Assembly: GCA_964429815.1 (NCBI GenBank)
Contig: CAYSCM010000001.1
Location: 1-64,000 of the forward strand
Direction: 5' to 3'
DNA length: 64,000 bases
Source of the DNA: an uncultured Candidatus Saccharibacteria bacterium
Lineage (GTDB): Bacteria; Patescibacteriota; Minisyncoccia; Phycocordibacterales; CAYSCM01
The number at the start of each line of letters is the position of its first letter. The first letter of the stretch is position 1. The notes under the pieces were generated by a model, which was not told where the DNA came from, did not search any database, and saw only the letters and a list, made by a program, of their open reading frames with translations. Of the stretch, positions 18,211 to 27,551 are shown in pieces. The position numbers and the translations under genes were made by a program.

Positions 18211-18303
18211 CTATCGTCTCCTGCGGCGCGATGACGTGCGGCGCTTGGTTGTGCGACGGCGCTTCGCAGTCTTCTTGGCGGCCTTTCGCCTTCGTTTTGC
18301 CAT
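18211..18303 (-). CDS. Candidate micro-ORF encoding a 30-aa highly basic peptide MAKRRRKAAKKTAKRRRTTKRRTSSRRRRR
   Basis: ATG at 18303-18301, TAG at 18213-18211, immediately followed by terminator 18160..18197; below the size cutoff of the ORF track. Confidence 0.3.
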   Translation of the reverse strand: MAKRRRKAAKKTAKRRRTTKRRTSSRRRRR

Positions 18304-18591
18304 GTGTGATGAGCATTACTGGTAAAACGTTGCACTCTCATCGACACAAGCGGATCGCCTGAATGAGAATGCTCTGGGCTCATACTCAGTATCGCAACTT
18401 ACGCGCCGCTCACAATGTACGCGCGAGAAATTGTGTGGATAACTTGCAAGCGCAAAAAGCATCGCGAAATCTCCGCACTATGCGCAGTATTTCTGACACC
18501 GATCTCAAAAAAATTGCGCCGACGTATGGGGAGCGGGTGCGTGCTCCATCGAAAGTCTAATGTGAGTGCCGCCGCTCCCCGTACCTAAGCA

Positions 18592-18624
18592 CAATCTTTC
18601 CCGTAAGTATGCCATAAACGAAAA
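18592..18624 (-). terminator. Rho-independent terminator (GGCCGCCC-tcg-GGCGGCC + TTTTCGTTT on minus strand) about 100 nt 3' of the ligase/TPR gene
   Basis: Seen directly. Confidence 0.55.
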
Positions 18625-18725
18625 GGCCGCCCGAGGGCGGCCGCTTTCGCAGACTTTTGATGGGCCGACACTGATAGTCGGTCACTCACGTCGATAACCC
18701 TAACATAGTCTCTAGGCTGTGGCAA

Positions 18726-20906
18726 TCACTGCGGATTCTTTCCTGCCCTGATGTCTCGAACGTAAGACTCTCCCTGGTCCTTGAAAGATGGATCGGCAGC
18801 TATCGCTTGCTCAAGGGCCACAATACTTTGCGCCCGGTCACCGGTCTTAAGGTAGAGCGCCGCGAGCGAAAGATAGAGCTGGACGTTTTTGGGTTCCTTC
18901 TCGATGCGGAGCCGGAGAATCTTTGCAGCGCGGTCATACATGCCGCGATCGTAATAGACCTTAAGGAGAAGATCGTTGTCGACTATAAGGCTCCCGAACC
19001 GCTCCGAGATGAGCCCATCTGCCTCGGCGGTCTGCCCCGCGTAGTAGAGCGCGGTCACATAATACATGCGCGCGGAGTCGAACATCGTGTCGAGTTCGAA
19101 CGCCCTCTTGAGAATATCGACGGACTCAGAAATCTTTCCCGCGTTAAGGCGGTTGAGGCCCATTTCAAAGAGTATTTGCTGCTTGTTGGGAGAAAGTTTC
19201 GAGGCTTGCTCGAGATACGGGAAGCTCTGGTCGAATTGGCCGAACGCGTCGAAGAGCGTCCCCATAAAAAGCGGGAAGCGGGCGTCCTGCGGCGTGAGCG
19301 TGATCTGTTTTTGCATCTCGGTCGCCGCCAGCGTCGCGAATTGTGCGACGACGTCCTGTTTGCCGCTTTGCGCCCCGTTGGCCGCGGCCTGGATGAGCTG
19401 CTCGCGGATCTCCTGAGTGCCGAAACCGCCCCGGTCGAGAGCCTTCTTATAGTAGGTGAGGCTCAGCGCCGCATTGCCTTGTCCGGGCGCAAGCGCGTGC
19501 AAAAGGTCGTTCCCCGCGAGAAGGCTCGGGACGTTGGCAAAGTAGACGACGAACACTGCCACGATAAGAATGAGTGGCGAGAGGACATTGCTGGGCGAGC
19601 CGGTGAGCGGCTCGACGCGGGCTATTTTCCCCGGCACGCCTTCCCTGCTGTGCACGTACGCGAGGAAAAGGACAAACAGAATATAGCTCGTGATGTTGTC
19701 GAACACGAAGATGTTGTGGATCAGGTAGCCAACCCACGCGCCCGTAAAAAGCACTCTCTGGATGGAGTCGAACGAAGAGCCGCGTCGCCACACGTAGTAG
19801 AGCGGCGAGAAAAAGAGCGCGAAGTAGGCGAGGAGGCCGAGCGCACCGCCGGCGATAAGCCAGTCAAAGACGATGTCGTGCACGCGATCGAACCATTGCT
19901 CCTGGCTGTAGAGGTGCGGATTGTAGTATTTATTGAATACGTAGTTGAAGCTCTCCTGTCCCCACCCGATGAGGACCGTTTTTGGAGACTCGCTGAACCC
20001 CTCCCATCCCATGGTCCAGATGCGGAAACGGGTCTGGCCGCTCTGGAGCGTTATAGAAGCGAGGCGCGAGAGCACCGGGCTCTCTTTTACGAACGACGTG
20101 TTCTTAACGAGCATGAAGCCTCCGACGAGGATAGCGATGACCGCGAGCCCGACGTAGGCGCTCTTACGCAATCTCGGCCGCTGCCGCTCAAAGAGAGCGA
20201 ATAGGAGAAGCGCGAACCCCGCCCCGCCGAGGAGACCGAGGATGGCCCCGCGTGTCGCCGTGTGGTAGAGGATAACCGTGAAAAATGCGGCGAGGATGCC
20301 GTACACTCCCTTGAGGGTCTTGTTGTCGGTACGAAAAAAAAGCAGAAGCGCGATGAACACATGGAAGAGCATGTAAATGGCCAGGTAGGAAGCGTTCCCC
20401 AGCGTCGCATCGAGGCGTGTTCCGCTCTGCTGGATGGCGAGTACGCCGAAGAGCTGCAGCGCCCCGTAGAGGGCTACAACGGTCGCCACCCCGAGCGACG
20501 TGTTCCACAAAGCGTTCCAGAGCTTCTTTCCATTCAGGACGCTTCCCACGACGAGGAAGAGTGCGCCGAGATGAAGGAGCGTGATGTACCCCTCCATGCG
20601 CTCGTAGTTGCTCCAGAAACTCTTGAACGCATTGGCGCTCAAGGCATCCGCGAAACCCATGACGAGGAGAAACGCCCCGAAGAGGACGGCTATCCAGGAG
20701 AACTTTGGCCGGTACTGCGGGTCCCTGAGCGCCAGAATAAGCCAAAGAGCGAAGATGATCTCCACGACGAAGCGTAGGAGAAAATTCTTTCCCGTTATGT
20801 ACGGAAAGAAGAGCGAGGTCGTTACAACAAGCGGGATAAACGGAACGATAAAAAGACCGACAAGTATAGCTGCCCGCAAGAGGCGATTAAAATCCATTGG
20901 CAGCAC
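18726..20906 (-). CDS. O-antigen ligase (Wzy_C)-like polytopic membrane protein fused to C-terminal TPR repeats
   Basis: 726 aa; about 12 TM helices then TPR-like helical repeats (YYKKALDRG..., LYLKTGDRAQSIVALEQAIAADP). Confidence 0.85.
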   Translation of the reverse strand: MLPMDFNRLLRAAILVGLFIVPFIPLVVTTSLFFPYITGKNFLLRFVVEIIFALWLILALRDPQYRPKFSWIAVLFGAFLLVMGFADALSANAFKSFWSNYERMEGYITLLHLGALFLVVGSVLNGKKLWNALWNTSLGVATVVALYGALQLFGVLAIQQSGTRLDATLGNASYLAIYMLFHVFIALLLFFRTDNKTLKGVYGILAAFFTVILYHTATRGAILGLLGGAGFALLLFALFERQRPRLRKSAYVGLAVIAILVGGFMLVKNTSFVKESPVLSRLASITLQSGQTRFRIWTMGWEGFSESPKTVLIGWGQESFNYVFNKYYNPHLYSQEQWFDRVHDIVFDWLIAGGALGLLAYFALFFSPLYYVWRRGSSFDSIQRVLFTGAWVGYLIHNIFVFDNITSYILFVLFLAYVHSREGVPGKIARVEPLTGSPSNVLSPLILIVAVFVVYFANVPSLLAGNDLLHALAPGQGNAALSLTYYKKALDRGGFGTQEIREQLIQAAANGAQSGKQDVVAQFATLAATEMQKQITLTPQDARFPLFMGTLFDAFGQFDQSFPYLEQASKLSPNKQQILFEMGLNRLNAGKISESVDILKRAFELDTMFDSARMYYVTALYYAGQTAEADGLISERFGSLIVDNDLLLKVYYDRGMYDRAAKILRLRIEKEPKNVQLYLSLAALYLKTGDRAQSIVALEQAIAADPSFKDQGESYVRDIRAGKNPQ

Positions 20907-20930
20907 TATAGCACGTAGGGCAAACGACTC

Positions 20931-22637
20931 CTATGCGAGGTTATGCTCGGAAAGGTAGGACAAAATGAGGTCGGCAGCTTCGATCGGTGAGAGGCCGCTC
21001 GTGTCAATGGTGAGCTCCGCGGCCTCGGGCGCTTCGTACGGGTCGTCAACGCCGGTAAGTCCCTTGAGGAGCCCCGCTTCGGCCTTCTTATAGAGGCCCT
21101 TAACGTCGCGCTCTCTGCATACTGCAAGGGGCGTCGCGACGTGTACTTCAATGTACGTGCCGTTTTTGCGGATAAGCTCGCGGTTCTCATCGCGCGACTC
21201 GCGGTACGGCGCGACCGCGGAACATATCGCGATGCCGCCGTGCTTCACGACTTCGTTTGCGACGAAACCAATGCGGCGGATGTTGGTGTTGCGGTCTTCT
21301 TTGGAAAAGCCGAGCCCTTTTGAAAGATGAAGGCGCACGACGTCGCCATCGAGGAGCGTTACCTTGCGGTCCTGGACCTCGAGGAGCTTGGTGTAGAGAA
21401 TGGTGGCTATGGTCGACTTTCCCGCTCCTGAGAGTCCCGTAAAAAAGATCGCGATACCGCGACTCTTAAGCGCCTGCCGATGTCCCCGTTTGAGCTCCTC
21501 GATAACCTCCGGGAATGAAAACCATTCGGGCACGGCCCCCTCTCCGCCGAGCATGCCGCGGAACTGCGTGCCGGAGATTTTGCCGATCTCTTCGCCTTCC
21601 CGTACTTCATTCATTGGCTTGTATCGTTTTTCAGCCACGGCATATACCATTTCCTGTGAGGTAATGATAGAGATACCGATATCTTTCTCAAACTTTTTCA
21701 CGAGCTCCTGTGCGGCATACGGTGCATAAAACGGTTTCCCTTCCGAATCATTGCCGGGTCCAGCGTGATCGCGCCCGACGATAAAGTGCGTGCAGCCGTA
21801 GTTGCGGCGAATGATGGCGTGCCAGAGCGCCTCGCGCGGCCCCCCCATGCGCATCGCGAGCTGAAGGAGCGAAAGGGTCGCGAACTCTTTCATGCGCGCC
21901 TCGTGGAGCTTTTTGTAGGCGCGCACGCGTGTGATGTAGTCGATGTCGCCTTCTTTCGTGAGACCGACCGTCGGGTGAAGGAGGATGTGGCCGCCGACGT
22001 TTTCAGCGGCACGCTTCATGAGCTCGAAGTGCGCGCGATGCACGGGGTTACGCGTCTGGAAGCCTATGACCTTCTCTACACCGTTGGCGCTGAAGTGCGC
22101 GCGAAGTTCTCGGGGTGTCTTGCGAAGCTCGGCGAAGTCGTGGCGCGTGGGAAGCTGGATGCCGACGACGGGCCCGCCAATGATGACCGGCTCAACCTCC
22201 CGCGTGAGGCGATAGACGCCGGGATGCTTCTCGTCGAGCGTACCGAACACCATCTGTGCCTCATGCGCCCGATCGGGCCGGAAGATGGATTCTACTTTCA
22301 AGATGGCGAGCGGCAGTCCGTACTTGTCCGCAAGCATTACCTCGTCGCCGAGCGCGAAGTGCGCATCCGCGATGTCGAGCGTGATCGGCATCGGGAATAT
22401 CTCCCCGCTGGGAAGTCGCATGGCGTTCACGACGCTCTTGTACTCCTCTTCGGTCATGAAACCGGAGAGCGGCGAGAACCCGCCAATAAGGATTTGCTCA
22501 AGATCGCACACCTGGTAGTCGGTGAGGTTAATGCTCGGGAGCGTCGCGGCGCGATCGAGGAGCGAGCGTTTCTGCACTGCGGAAGCGGGAAGTAGCTCCT
22601 TCACGTCAAGCTTAGCCTTGTGCGTGGTAGTGTGCAT
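20931..22637 (-). CDS. sat: Bifunctional sulfate adenylyltransferase (ATP sulfurylase) / adenylylsulfate kinase, PAPS synthesis
   Basis: N-domain QTRNPVHRAHFEL and HFIVGRDHAGPG; C-domain APS kinase P-loop FTGLSGAGKSTIA; start taken at Met MHTTTHKAKL (cat 22635-22637), ORF open to 22757. Confidence 0.9.
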   Translation of the reverse strand: MHTTTHKAKLDVKELLPASAVQKRSLLDRAATLPSINLTDYQVCDLEQILIGGFSPLSGFMTEEEYKSVVNAMRLPSGEIFPMPITLDIADAHFALGDEVMLADKYGLPLAILKVESIFRPDRAHEAQMVFGTLDEKHPGVYRLTREVEPVIIGGPVVGIQLPTRHDFAELRKTPRELRAHFSANGVEKVIGFQTRNPVHRAHFELMKRAAENVGGHILLHPTVGLTKEGDIDYITRVRAYKKLHEARMKEFATLSLLQLAMRMGGPREALWHAIIRRNYGCTHFIVGRDHAGPGNDSEGKPFYAPYAAQELVKKFEKDIGISIITSQEMVYAVAEKRYKPMNEVREGEEIGKISGTQFRGMLGGEGAVPEWFSFPEVIEELKRGHRQALKSRGIAIFFTGLSGAGKSTIATILYTKLLEVQDRKVTLLDGDVVRLHLSKGLGFSKEDRNTNIRRIGFVANEVVKHGGIAICSAVAPYRESRDENRELIRKNGTYIEVHVATPLAVCRERDVKGLYKKAEAGLLKGLTGVDDPYEAPEAAELTIDTSGLSPIEAADLILSYLSEHNLA

Positions 22638-22756
22638 TGAAATTCGATAGTAGCATGGTAGACGTTTTCTACAACCGGCCCACTGCGCCATGGTTACAGA
22701 CTTTTTGAATATAAAAGCGCCCGCACGTTGAAGTGCGGGCGCAGAGTCCTTATCCA

Positions 22757-23833
22757 TTAGGCGCTGAGGCCTCGTATCGCTGCGGCAGCGATCGTTCCCT
22801 CAAAGGGCCGGAGACGTTCCCGGACCATAGAAATGGGAGTCGGCACGAGTGCGAGGAAACGTTCGGCGATGAGCGGATCGTCCGCCTCCACGTCGGTACA
22901 AAGCCCGAGACGAACGAGCGGAGCCTGCGTCGCGCCCGCGAAATCCGCCTTGAGCATTTTTCGCGTCCGCTCGCCGACGACGGAAAGCGCCACCTTGCCG
23001 CTCACGACCGCTGCTGTGAGGGAGCTGGTAGCGCCGCCCGCAACGACCGCTTTCACCTGCGGCAGTGCGATGACCTCATCGGTCGTCGGCCCCACCGGAG
23101 AGGGTACAAGCCGTTCGCTGATCGGAGAAAAGCACTGACGCAAGTAGGTCCCGAAGGCCCTTCCTCCGTTTCCGGGCGCCGGTATTTTCTCCCACTTTGG
23201 GTGGAGCCGAACGCACAGACGCCAGGGTGCCGGAAGTTGTCGCATAAGCCGTATGGCTGCTGCAATCTGCTCCTCGGCCGCACCGTTCTCCGGCGAGCAA
23301 AACTCGCTGAAAACGATGACCGGCTTTTCCTTCCATTCCTTTTCCGCCCACGCAACGAGATCATCGCGTGGAATCGTGGGTTTGTCGGGAACGGCATGGC
23401 TGCCGACGATGACGGTCCGGAGGCTCCTGCCCCAGATCTTTTTCGCCTGCGATTCTCCGAGCAGGTCGGGCGTCAGAAGAAGGTCAGGGCGTTCGTAGCA
23501 ACGACTCGAAACTCCTGCTTGGTCCTCGAAACCGACCCAGGGGATCTTGCGCCGTGACGCCTGTTGCGCCGCGATGCTCTCCAGCTGCATCGGGGAGCTG
23601 AAGCCGACGGCAAGCGCGACGTGATCGAGTGGGCCACCGAAAAGCGGCCCGACGCCCTCGTCTGGATGTATCGTCTTATAGGATAGTTCCTGGCTTATCG
23701 CTACATCTGCACTGCGTCCGTGTTCTTCGCACCACAGTTCGCAGGAAATCCCTGCTTTGCGTAGGTGCGGGATCGTAGCGACTATCATCTTTGCGGGAGA
23801 GATATCCCGCACCAAAAAGATCACTCTTCCCAC
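22757..23833 (-). CDS. Hypothetical protein (possible GT-B-like / polymer-synthesis accessory protein)
   Basis: 358 aa, protein-like composition; antisense ORF 22733..23557 (+) is Arg-rich junk. Confidence 0.45.
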   Translation of the reverse strand: MGRVIFLVRDISPAKMIVATIPHLRKAGISCELWCEEHGRSADVAISQELSYKTIHPDEGVGPLFGGPLDHVALAVGFSSPMQLESIAAQQASRRKIPWVGFEDQAGVSSRCYERPDLLLTPDLLGESQAKKIWGRSLRTVIVGSHAVPDKPTIPRDDLVAWAEKEWKEKPVIVFSEFCSPENGAAEEQIAAAIRLMRQLPAPWRLCVRLHPKWEKIPAPGNGGRAFGTYLRQCFSPISERLVPSPVGPTTDEVIALPQVKAVVAGGATSSLTAAVVSGKVALSVVGERTRKMLKADFAGATQAPLVRLGLCTDVEADDPLIAERFLALVPTPISMVRERLRPFEGTIAAAAIRGLSA

Positions 23834-23995
23834 CGGTCACCTCCATACTTTGAAAAGAACGTCCTTAAAACAGTACCCTAGATTTTTCTTTTGTCAACAT
23901 TTCTCACTGTTTTGCGTCTTGAAACGCTGCATTGCATAAGCGTGTTTCTCTAGGTAGAGTGCATGTGGCTATAGGTTCTCAAACCGGAGGAGGTC

Positions 23996-24715
23996 ATGCC
24001 GAAGGGTAAAGCGCCTCCGATCGGAGGCATAAGTCTAGATCTCGAAGGGACGCTTATCGATCTGGAGGAATTCCACTTCGAGGCGTTCGTGAACGCCGCG
24101 TCGGAACACGGCTATACGATCACTGTCGACGAAATAGTAGGCCAGCACCCCTACGTGGTTGGTGGCGGTGACGAGCGAGTCGCCGAAGCGGTGCGAGAGG
24201 TATGTAATCTCGGACTCACTATCCAGGAAATCCGGCGCTCCAAGAATGCGCACTTCACGAAACTTGTTAACGGGAGATCCATCCGCCTACGTGCCGATGC
24301 CGAACGCGTCCTTGCGCAGGCACAGCGCCTCGGTCTGAAGCTCGCTATCGGTTCGTTGACCGATCGCGCGCGGGCGATGCACCTCATTAACGAGACCGGA
24401 CTTCTCCAGTACGTGAGGCCCGAGTACATTGTGCTCTTCGAAGATGTCGCCCACCACAAACCGGAGCCAGACGTGTACCTCGAGACGGCACGGCGAATGG
24501 GGATCGACCCGACCGAGCAGTTGGTGTTTGAAGATTCAAACACGGGCATCGAGGCGGCACGACGCGCGCGCTCTGCTCGAGTGGCAATCCCTATATTCCA
24601 GACAAAAGAATACCTTGAACGTCTCGTCGAGGCCGGTGCGTCGCGTATATTCGGTTCGTGGCGCGAAATTAATCTCGAGGGCCTTATCGAGAGCATTAAC
24701 GAGGGCAACCGCTAA
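23996..24715 (+). CDS. HAD-superfamily hydrolase (subfamily IA, beta-phosphoglucomutase-like)
   Basis: Motif I ISLDLEGTLID; motifs II-IV present; good SD GGAGGA 8 nt upstream. Confidence 0.8.
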   Translation: MPKGKAPPIGGISLDLEGTLIDLEEFHFEAFVNAASEHGYTITVDEIVGQHPYVVGGGDERVAEAVREVCNLGLTIQEIRRSKNAHFTKLVNGRSIRLRADAERVLAQAQRLGLKLAIGSLTDRARAMHLINETGLLQYVRPEYIVLFEDVAHHKPEPDVYLETARRMGIDPTEQLVFEDSNTGIEAARRARSARVAIPIFQTKEYLERLVEAGASRIFGSWREINLEGLIESINEGNR

Positions 24716-24733
24716 CCACGGATGCCCTTTTTC

Positions 24734-25192
24734 TTACTCACGTGGGTTTTCAAAAACGTCGATGTGTTCTTCGGGGACGGAAATTTCTATGTCTCTTCCG
24801 TAGACGATTCCCTCGATCTTCGGCGCAAGAAGTTCAATGACGCCACGCTCCTTCGTCTGTATATCCGAGGGAAGCGGGTAATAGATGTAACCTGAATAGG
24901 AACGACTCTCAAAGCGGATATCTACTGGAACCAACTGAAATGTTTCGGTAACTCTCGGATGCCATGTGAACGTCATCGTATAGTGGGGATCCTTCAAGCG
25001 AAACTGCCGGGGCGCGATCGTCATGTTGATCGTACCTGTGAAGAGAGACTCTGCTCCCGGAAGTCCTTGTTCGATAAAATACGGCATCTGTTGCACGACG
25101 GTCGCATTGAGGCCATCCTTGCCGGTTGCGCTCATGCCTGAGGCTATTTGATGGCCTTTTCGTATTTTTCCTTTGAGAACCCTTTTTTTCAT
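24734..25192 (-). CDS. DUF120 / CTP-dependent riboflavin-kinase-like domain protein
   Basis: LKGKIRKGHQIASGMS...TGTINMTI resembles the archaeal RibK G-x-V-x-x-G-x-G and GTLNV motifs. Confidence 0.45.
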   Translation of the reverse strand: MKKRVLKGKIRKGHQIASGMSATGKDGLNATVVQQMPYFIEQGLPGAESLFTGTINMTIAPRQFRLKDPHYTMTFTWHPRVTETFQLVPVDIRFESRSYSGYIYYPLPSDIQTKERGVIELLAPKIEGIVYGRDIEISVPEEHIDVFENPRE

Positions 25193-25206
25193 GTGCAGCG
25201 TGGATC

Positions 25207-25923
25207 CTACCGATTGCTTCTGCTGAGAATAAACTCGTAGTATTCCCAGTTCTTGGGAGTATCAAGACCGGTGTACGCTTCCTTCACGGGGTGCGCTAGT
25301 ATCTTGTCGCCGCTCATGTGGTTTTTTTCAAGGAGCGTACGCGGCCATATCACATCGGCCGTACCAATGTGGCGATATGCTTTTGGCAGAGCCTGGGTAG
25401 GCATATTTATAAAACCCTTCTCCCCGGCGATGGCAAGAATTGGGCTCAGAAGTCCATCACTAGAAATTTTATACATCTTATAGGGACTCGGCTCAGCCTC
25501 GATCACCGTGCGCACGGAATCTACCTCCGGGTGAGCCAGTAAAAGTTCGATTGCAGCATCTACATCCTCAACGCTCCGTAGGGGCGAGGTCGGCCGTAGC
25601 TGCACCACCACGTCTGGCACGTATTCCTCATTTTCCTTAAGCCAGACAAGTGCATGTTGAAACACGGGAAGATCGGGCGTCATATCCTCGGCCAATTCGG
25701 ACGGCCGCATAAAAGGAACCTCCGCCCCGTAGGACGTTGCGACGGCGGCTGTTTCTTGATCGTCGGTGGAGACCACGATGCGGTTAATGTGTTTGGATTT
25801 TTTTGCGTGTTCGATGGTCCACGCGATGAGGGGCTTGCCGCCAAGCACCTTTACGTTTTTCCGCGGAATACGCTTCGAACCGCCTCGAGCTGGGATGATG
25901 GCGATGATTTTCGAAGTTGCCAT
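25207..25923 (-). CDS. Acylneuraminate/ulosonic-acid cytidylyltransferase (CMP-sugar synthetase, NeuA/KdsB family)
   Basis: IIAIIPARGGSKRIPRKNVKVLGGKPLIAWTIEHA, VVSTDD. Confidence 0.85.
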   Translation of the reverse strand: MATSKIIAIIPARGGSKRIPRKNVKVLGGKPLIAWTIEHAKKSKHINRIVVSTDDQETAAVATSYGAEVPFMRPSELAEDMTPDLPVFQHALVWLKENEEYVPDVVVQLRPTSPLRSVEDVDAAIELLLAHPEVDSVRTVIEAEPSPYKMYKISSDGLLSPILAIAGEKGFINMPTQALPKAYRHIGTADVIWPRTLLEKNHMSGDKILAHPVKEAYTGLDTPKNWEYYEFILSRSNR

Positions 25924-26017
25924 AGGGTGATACTTACCCTAGGTACAACCGAGCAAAAAGTCAACGCGTTTTGAATGTTGCCTGGAAAAAGATATAACGT
26001 AGTCATCTTAACCGGCT

Positions 26018-27046
26018 ATGTCTCGTATTCTTGCGGCAACCAAAGACTCCCAATCGGCTCTTTTCGTGCAGGAAATCCTGCAGAGCCTTTCACCTAGTCA
26101 CGAGATCTTTGTCTTTGCAGAAGGTATGTCAAAAACGTTTTGGAAAAATGCGGGAGTTCCGCTCTCGTACGAAGCCGACGTGGACGGATCATCAGACTCG
26201 AAGCTCGCGTCGGAGCTTGACCGCATCAACCCGCGACTGGTTCTCACCAGCACCTCCTCCCCCGCAGGAATCGAGGCAAAAATCGCCGACCTCGCCAAAG
26301 CCCGCCGCATTCCCCTTGTGATATTTGCCGACATATGGGGTGGCGTGTCCCGGATCGGAGCTAAAGCGGACCTCCTTCTTGCCTTTGACCAACAGGAAGA
26401 AGACATAGAAGCGATAGCGTATCCGGATATCCCTCGAGTGCTTGTCGGCGACCCTATGATCAAAAAAATTAAAGATTCCAAAAACTCAATGCGCAAAGAA
26501 ATCCAAGATCACTTCGAACACCTCGACCAACGAGGCCTTCGCACCTTGCTTATCGTGGGACAAGGGGGTTCCTACACAGGGGCCATGCTCGAGGTGGCAA
26601 GGCAATCCCTTTTGCGCAGTTCCTCCTCGTGGCGCGTTATTCCGCGGGTGGTCCATCCGAAAAAACCCGACCCCACCCTTACCAATCTATGGAATAGCAT
26701 CGCGCAAGAACTCGGAGATACCGTGCTTACCATCGATGGCGGTTGGAGTACCGACGATGTGGCGATCTGCTCTGATGCTACTATTTCCATTTTCTCTACC
26801 GTTCTCAGGTATGCGGCGGAGAGCGGCAAGCTTGCACTCTCGGTGTCGACGCCAGAAACCCTTGCCGGCATGCTCAAATCCACCTCGATCCCCTACTATC
26901 CGCCGACTCGAATTGGATATGTGCGCGAGATTACGGGACCGGTAAATCTCGATGAAGAGCTCAAAGTGTGGCAGGCCATGGATCGCAAGGGAAGAATTCC
27001 CTTCTCCTCGACAGTGGCAAGGGAGGCAATCGAGGGTTTTCTTTAG
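26018..27046 (+). CDS. Hypothetical protein
   Basis: 342 aa, no confident family from sequence inspection. Confidence 0.45.
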   Translation: MSRILAATKDSQSALFVQEILQSLSPSHEIFVFAEGMSKTFWKNAGVPLSYEADVDGSSDSKLASELDRINPRLVLTSTSSPAGIEAKIADLAKARRIPLVIFADIWGGVSRIGAKADLLLAFDQQEEDIEAIAYPDIPRVLVGDPMIKKIKDSKNSMRKEIQDHFEHLDQRGLRTLLIVGQGGSYTGAMLEVARQSLLRSSSSWRVIPRVVHPKKPDPTLTNLWNSIAQELGDTVLTIDGGWSTDDVAICSDATISIFSTVLRYAAESGKLALSVSTPETLAGMLKSTSIPYYPPTRIGYVREITGPVNLDEELKVWQAMDRKGRIPFSSTVAREAIEGFL

Positions 27047-27549
27047 GATCGGCGATCAACCACGTTGGGTTTCGGAAAGTGCGTAAGCGGTATCGCTTCC
27101 TTGGCAGGAATTTTAATTATCCAAAGCCGTCCGGCTTGCCTCCCCGTCCAGTGCCGATGCGGTTGCCCTGCGGGGATAAACAGAATATCCCCGGCACCGA
27201 CCGTATACGTCGTGCCGCCTTGTATTCCGTTTGCCCGAAGTTCCAGCTCGTTGGTGCTGCCGTCCTCCCTCCGGCGCACAAACACCTCCGTGGGAGTGCC
27301 ACCCACTTCAAAGTGAACTTCCCCGTCTATGCCAATCCATAGGTCGCCTTCGTGACGATGGATTTCCACCGCATTATCTCCATCGGCGACGTTTTTTTCT
27401 ACGAGAATAGAGACCGGGGCCCCAAGCGCATCGGCTTGGCTCTTGAGAGGGTCTGGCTGATACTTGCCCTCCTTAAGCGCTTCGAGCGAGGGAGAAAGGG
27501 TCTCACGAGATACCGAAGCTTTGATAAAGGCGCAGGGCTGGAGTTCCAC
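27043..27549 (-). CDS. Cupin-domain protein
   Basis: 168 aa; cupin motifs EIHRHEGDLWIGIDGEV...GDILFIPAGQPH. Confidence 0.6.
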   Translation of the reverse strand: MELQPCAFIKASVSRETLSPSLEALKEGKYQPDPLKSQADALGAPVSILVEKNVADGDNAVEIHRHEGDLWIGIDGEVHFEVGGTPTEVFVRRREDGSTNELELRANGIQGGTTYTVGAGDILFIPAGQPHRHWTGRQAGRLWIIKIPAKEAIPLTHFPKPNVVDRRS

Positions 27550-27551
27550 GT

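Noticed and set aside
18807-20204. 465-aa plus-strand ORF
   Set aside because: Antisense to the Wzy_C/TPR membrane protein; Glu/Arg-rich with no motifs.
21765-22595. 276-aa plus-strand ORF
   Set aside because: Antisense to sat/cysC, which has unambiguous sulfurylase and APS-kinase motifs.
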